Positions 60,410 through 64,000 of a stretch of 64,000 nt of DNA are shown piece by piece. Location of the stretch: assembly GCA_965204735.1 (NCBI GenBank), contig OZ242008.1, forward strand, positions 1,056,001 to 1,120,000. The letters run 5' to 3'. A program made the position numbers and the translations under genes. Source of the DNA: Longimicrobiales bacterium. GTDB taxonomy: Bacteria > Gemmatimonadota > Gemmatimonadetes > Longimicrobiales > Gaopeijiaceae. How positions within the stretch are numbered: the first letter of the stretch is position 1; every line of letters begins with the position of its first letter. Under the pieces are notes generated by a model. It was not told the DNA's origin. It ran no database searches and saw nothing but the letters and a program-made list of their open reading frames with translations.

Positions 60410-60909
60410 CGCTGGGACCCGCCGACGTCGATCCGTACCTGGCGATCTTCGGAAGGTACCTTCGGGAGAAGGGCCTGCCCGTCACCCAGCAGCGGATGGC
60501 CGTCGCCCGGGCCCTCTTCTCGTCCTCGGCCCACCAGTCGGTGGACGACCTGGAGACGGCGCTTCGGGGGCAGGACCCGCGGCTGGGGAAGGCGACGATC
60601 TATCGGACCCTGGATCTTCTCGTCCGCAGCGGGCTGGCCGAGGAGCACGACTTCGGCGAGGGCTTCAAGCGCTACGAGCACCGTCTCTCCCGCGACCCGG
60701 TCCACCACCACTTGGTGTGCATGGAGAGCGGCGAGGTGATCGAGTTCCGCAGCGAGGCGCTCCGCAAGATCGTGGAGGAGACGGCCGCTCGCCACGGCTT
60801 CCGTCCCACCGGCCACAAGCTGGTGATCTTCGGCCTGAGCCGGGCCAGCCAGGAGTCCGGCGCCGACGTGGAGTACCAGGGAATCACCTGTCCCATCGAG
60901 ACGACGTGA
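60406..60909 (+). CDS. fur: Fur-family transcriptional regulator
   Basis: GLPVTQQR, HQSVDD, ATIYRTL, KRYE, HHHLVC...VIEF, HKLVIFG. Confidence 0.9.
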   Translation: MTLGPADVDPYLAIFGRYLREKGLPVTQQRMAVARALFSSSAHQSVDDLETALRGQDPRLGKATIYRTLDLLVRSGLAEEHDFGEGFKRYEHRLSRDPVHHHLVCMESGEVIEFRSEALRKIVEETAARHGFRPTGHKLVIFGLSRASQESGADVEYQGITCPIETT

Positions 60910-60967
60910 GCTTCTCCCGGCGGGCTGCGGACCCCGGGTCGGCGAAGCCCCGTCCCAAGGAGACGCC

Positions 60968-61696
60968 GTGAACGAATCCGTCGGGATCCTGATCGCCTTC
61001 ACCGCCGGGACGCTCTCGTTCCTCTCCCCCTGCGTGCTGCCTCTGGTCCCCAGCTACCTCTCCTTCGTCACGGGGATGTCCCTGGAGGACCTGCAGGAGG
61101 GCTTCGACCGTCGGCGGGCGCTGGTGCACTCGGGCCTCTTCGTGGCCGGCTTCACCTTGGTCTTCGTGCTCCTGGGGGCGTCGGCGTCGATCCTCGGCGG
61201 GCTGCTGCGCTACTACAGCGACTGGATCGCCCGGATCGGCGGCGTGGTGATCGTCGTCTTCGGGCTTCACCTGATGGGCGTGTTCCGGCTAGCGCCCCTC
61301 ATGCGGGAGAAGCGGGTCCACCTCTCCAGCAAGCCCGTGGGCTACGTGGGCACGGTCTTGGTGGGGATCGCCTTCGGGACGGGCTGGACGCCCTGCATCG
61401 GCCCGGTGCTGGGGGCCATCCTGACCATGGCCGCCTCCCAGGAGCAGTTGCTGCAGGGCATGTGGCTCCTCTTCGTCTACTCGATGGGGCTGGCCGTGCC
61501 CTTCGTCCTTGCCGCGGCGGCCCTGGAGCGGTTCCTGAGCCTCTTCGCCCGCTTCCGCAGGTTCCTTCCTGCGATCCAAGTGGCGTCCGGCGCCCTGCTG
61601 GTGGTCCTGGGACTCTTGCTGGCGACCGGGTCGTTCGTCGTGCTGGCGGCGTGGCTGAACCGCTTCACCCCCGACTTTCTGCTGGAACGGCTCTGA
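60968..61696 (+). CDS. ccdA: Cytochrome c biogenesis protein CcdA (DsbD TM domain)
   Basis: SFLSPCVLPLVPSY, GWTPCIGPVLGAIL, YSMGLAVPF. Confidence 0.92.
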   Translation: MNESVGILIAFTAGTLSFLSPCVLPLVPSYLSFVTGMSLEDLQEGFDRRRALVHSGLFVAGFTLVFVLLGASASILGGLLRYYSDWIARIGGVVIVVFGLHLMGVFRLAPLMREKRVHLSSKPVGYVGTVLVGIAFGTGWTPCIGPVLGAILTMAASQEQLLQGMWLLFVYSMGLAVPFVLAAAALERFLSLFARFRRFLPAIQVASGALLVVLGLLLATGSFVVLAAWLNRFTPDFLLERL

Positions 61697-63491
61697 CGGC
61701 CCGACCTGGGGCCGCGCCCGCCAGCGCGAGGTCCTGCTCCAGCAGCTGCCGTCGGAGGAGCGAAGCGTAGGCGCCTCCCAGGGCCGTCAGCTCCTCGTGG
61801 CGGCCGCGCTCCACGATCCGGCCGTCCACCAGCACCAGGATCAGGTCCGCGTCCTTCACCGCCGTCACCCGGTGAGAGATGATGAACGCCGTGCGCCCCT
61901 TCAGCCGGCTGCGCAGCCCCTGCAGGATGCGGGCCTCGGTGCGGGTGTCCACGGCGCTCAGCACATCGTCCAGCACCAGCACGGCCGGGTCCGGTGCCAG
62001 GGCGCGGGCCAGCGTCGCGCGCTGCTTCTGTCCGCCGGAGAGGTTGATCCCCCGCTCGCCCAGCAAGGTGTCGTACCCCTTGGGGAACCCGCGCACCGCT
62101 TCGTCGAGGCTCGCGGCCGCCGCCGCGGCGCGGATACGCCGATCGCGCGCCTCTCCCTCCACGTCCGGCGGGAGCCCCAGAGAGATGTTCCGGCCCAGCC
62201 GGTCCGAGAAGAGGAAGGCGTCCTGAGGCGCGAAGCCGATGCGGGCGCGCACGTCGGCCGGGTCGTACTCGGGGAGCGGCGCGCCGTCCAGGAGGACCTC
62301 TCCCGCCACCGGGTCGTGCAGGCGGGCAAGGAGCGAGACCAGCGTGCTCTTGCCCGACCCGGTGGGTCCCACTACGGCTATGGCGCTGCCCGGTTCGGCG
62401 ACGAAGCTGACGTCCCGCAGGACCGTCCGGTCGCTTCCCGGGTAGCGGAAGGACACGCCGCGAAACTCGACGGCGGCGTCCCCTTCGGGCGGCGGGCGAG
62501 GGTTCGGGGGCGCCGCGACGGCCGGCTCGACCTGGAAGACCCGGTTCAGCCGGCCCATCGACGCGGCGCCCCGCTGGAAGAGGTTCACCACCCAGCCCAG
62601 GGCGATCATCGGCCACGCCAGCAGCACGAGGAGGTACGAGAAGGCGACGAAGTCCCCTGCGGTGATCGTCCCCGCCATGACCAGGCCGCCTCCGTACCAG
62701 AGCATCGCGACCATGGCGCCTCCCATGACCAGTCCCAGCGCCGGATGGAAGGCGCCGCCCACGTAGGCCAGCCGCATGTTGCGCCGCAAGTACTCCCGGT
62801 TGAGGGCGTCGAACTCGTCCGCCTGGCCCGCCTCCCGTCCGTAGGCCCGCACGATCCGCACGCCCGACAGGTTCTCCTGCACCATCGCCGACAGCGTGCC
62901 GAAGTGGGCCTGGATCAGCTCGAAGCGCCGGTGGATCGCCCGCCCGAACCAGATCACCAAGGGCGGCAGGACCGCCATCGGCAGCAGCGCCGCCACCGTC
63001 AGCCGGGGACTCATCCAGAGCATGAGGCTCGTCCCCAGCACGAAGTTCATGAAGGTGTTCGCCGAGTACATGACGCCGGGGCCCACGGCCTGGCGGACGG
63101 CCAAGGTGTCGTTGGTGGCGAGGCTCATGAGGTCGCCGGTGCGGGTGCCGCCGTAGAAGCCGGCGTCGAGGCGCAGCAGGTGGCGCACGAAATCGTTGCG
63201 CAGGTCCACTTCGATCCGCCGGCTGGCCCCGTTCATGATCTCCCGCATCCCGTAGAAGGCCGCGCCGCCGGCCAGCGCCGTGGCGACGATCAGCAGCGCG
63301 TAGCCGGCCACCGCGCGCACGGTCTCGCCCGGGTTCGACCCGGGCTCGGCGGGAAGCGCGTCCACGGCCAGCTTCAGGAGGTAAGGGCCCGCCAAGGCGA
63401 ATCCGTTGGCCGCGACGACCAGCGCCAAGCCCAGCGCCATCACCTTCCTGTACGGGCGAAAGTATGGCAGAACGGTGCGAAGTTGGTTCAT
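61665..63491 (-). CDS. ABC exporter, fused permease and ATPase (MdlA/MsbA-like)
   Basis: Six-TM domain, RTGDLMS, GPTGSGKS, LSGGQKQR, LVLDD, ISHR. Confidence 0.93.
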   Translation of the reverse strand: MNQLRTVLPYFRPYRKVMALGLALVVAANGFALAGPYLLKLAVDALPAEPGSNPGETVRAVAGYALLIVATALAGGAAFYGMREIMNGASRRIEVDLRNDFVRHLLRLDAGFYGGTRTGDLMSLATNDTLAVRQAVGPGVMYSANTFMNFVLGTSLMLWMSPRLTVAALLPMAVLPPLVIWFGRAIHRRFELIQAHFGTLSAMVQENLSGVRIVRAYGREAGQADEFDALNREYLRRNMRLAYVGGAFHPALGLVMGGAMVAMLWYGGGLVMAGTITAGDFVAFSYLLVLLAWPMIALGWVVNLFQRGAASMGRLNRVFQVEPAVAAPPNPRPPPEGDAAVEFRGVSFRYPGSDRTVLRDVSFVAEPGSAIAVVGPTGSGKSTLVSLLARLHDPVAGEVLLDGAPLPEYDPADVRARIGFAPQDAFLFSDRLGRNISLGLPPDVEGEARDRRIRAAAAAASLDEAVRGFPKGYDTLLGERGINLSGGQKQRATLARALAPDPAVLVLDDVLSAVDTRTEARILQGLRSRLKGRTAFIISHRVTAVKDADLILVLVDGRIVERGRHEELTALGGAYASLLRRQLLEQDLALAGAAPGRAVRAVPAESRG

Positions 63492-63559
63492 CTTTATGGA
63501 GTGTGGCCGAAGCGCGCGGGCGGCACAACCGACGAAGGCACGACGGACAGGAGGACGCT

Positions 63560-64000
63560 GTGAGACGCAGGAGCGGACGGCTCGAGCCGAAGCCCGGGCG
63601 TGACTGGATGCGGATGCCGGCGGCCACGGCCGCGACGCTGCTGGTCGCGTGCGGCGGCAGCGAGGCGCCCCCTCCGAAGCGGCGGACGAAGCGGTCGAGA
63701 AGGAATCGATCGCGGCCGCCGCTCCCGAATCCGCCATCCCGCCCCCGCCGGACCTGACCGCGCCCGAGGCGGTGTCGGCAATCGGACGCCTGCTGGACAG
63801 CCTCCTGGCCGATGGCTTCGCATCGGAACCCGTCCTGGCCCCTTCCGGCGACCTGGCGAGCATCGAGGACTTGGCGGGAGACAGCCTTCTGGCCGAACGT
63901 TTCGCAGCCCGTCCCCGGCTTCGGATGGGCGTCCAGCTCCGGGCCGTCAGCGACCGGTTCGTCACCACGGCGGACCATCGGCCCGGCGACCCCGTCGTGG
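63560..64000 (+). pseudogene. Hypothetical lipoprotein, frameshifted at C5 tract 63668-63672; runs off the right edge
   Basis: AGGAGG RBS plus GTG 63560, lipobox LLVAC-GG; first frame stops at 63757; shifted frame SEAADEAVEKES...FVTTADHRPGDPVV is open to the edge. Confidence 0.6.

Overview
GC-rich bacterial chromosome segment, densely coding (about 55 CDS and one tRNA-Met). Gene content suggests Gemmatimonadota, which is inference only. The left ~24 kb is accessory: an M.PvuII-like m4C methyltransferase cut by the left edge (absent from the ORF track), a type IIG-like R-M fusion, sufU/xdhC, exported peptidases with a D-amino acid catabolic cluster, a trypsin-like protease followed by a free-standing copy of its own prodomain, an AAA_21-type ATPase with a truncated partner gene, and a CoA-transferase III-CMD fusion. 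The rest is mostly housekeeping: zinc-independent rpmG/rpmB/rpmE2, a MazG-FolE2 fusion, squalene/phytoene synthase, mog, thiolase-bioY-hbd-acd-ldh-glyA, nnr-thiL-plsC-eno-ftsB, a MoxR/DUF58/SpoIIM cluster, fused 2-oxoacid dehydrogenase E1, coaE-nrnA-fur-ccdA and an ABC exporter. Best novelty candidates: (1) MazG-like pyrophosphatase fused to GTP cyclohydrolase IB, a candidate for the second folate/pterin step; (2) the protease plus free prodomain pair; (3) a cas-less three-unit hairpin repeat/spacer mini-array at ~57 kb; (4) a zinc-sparing theme. No cas genes, integrases or transposases were seen. All calls come from reading motifs by eye; no searches were run.
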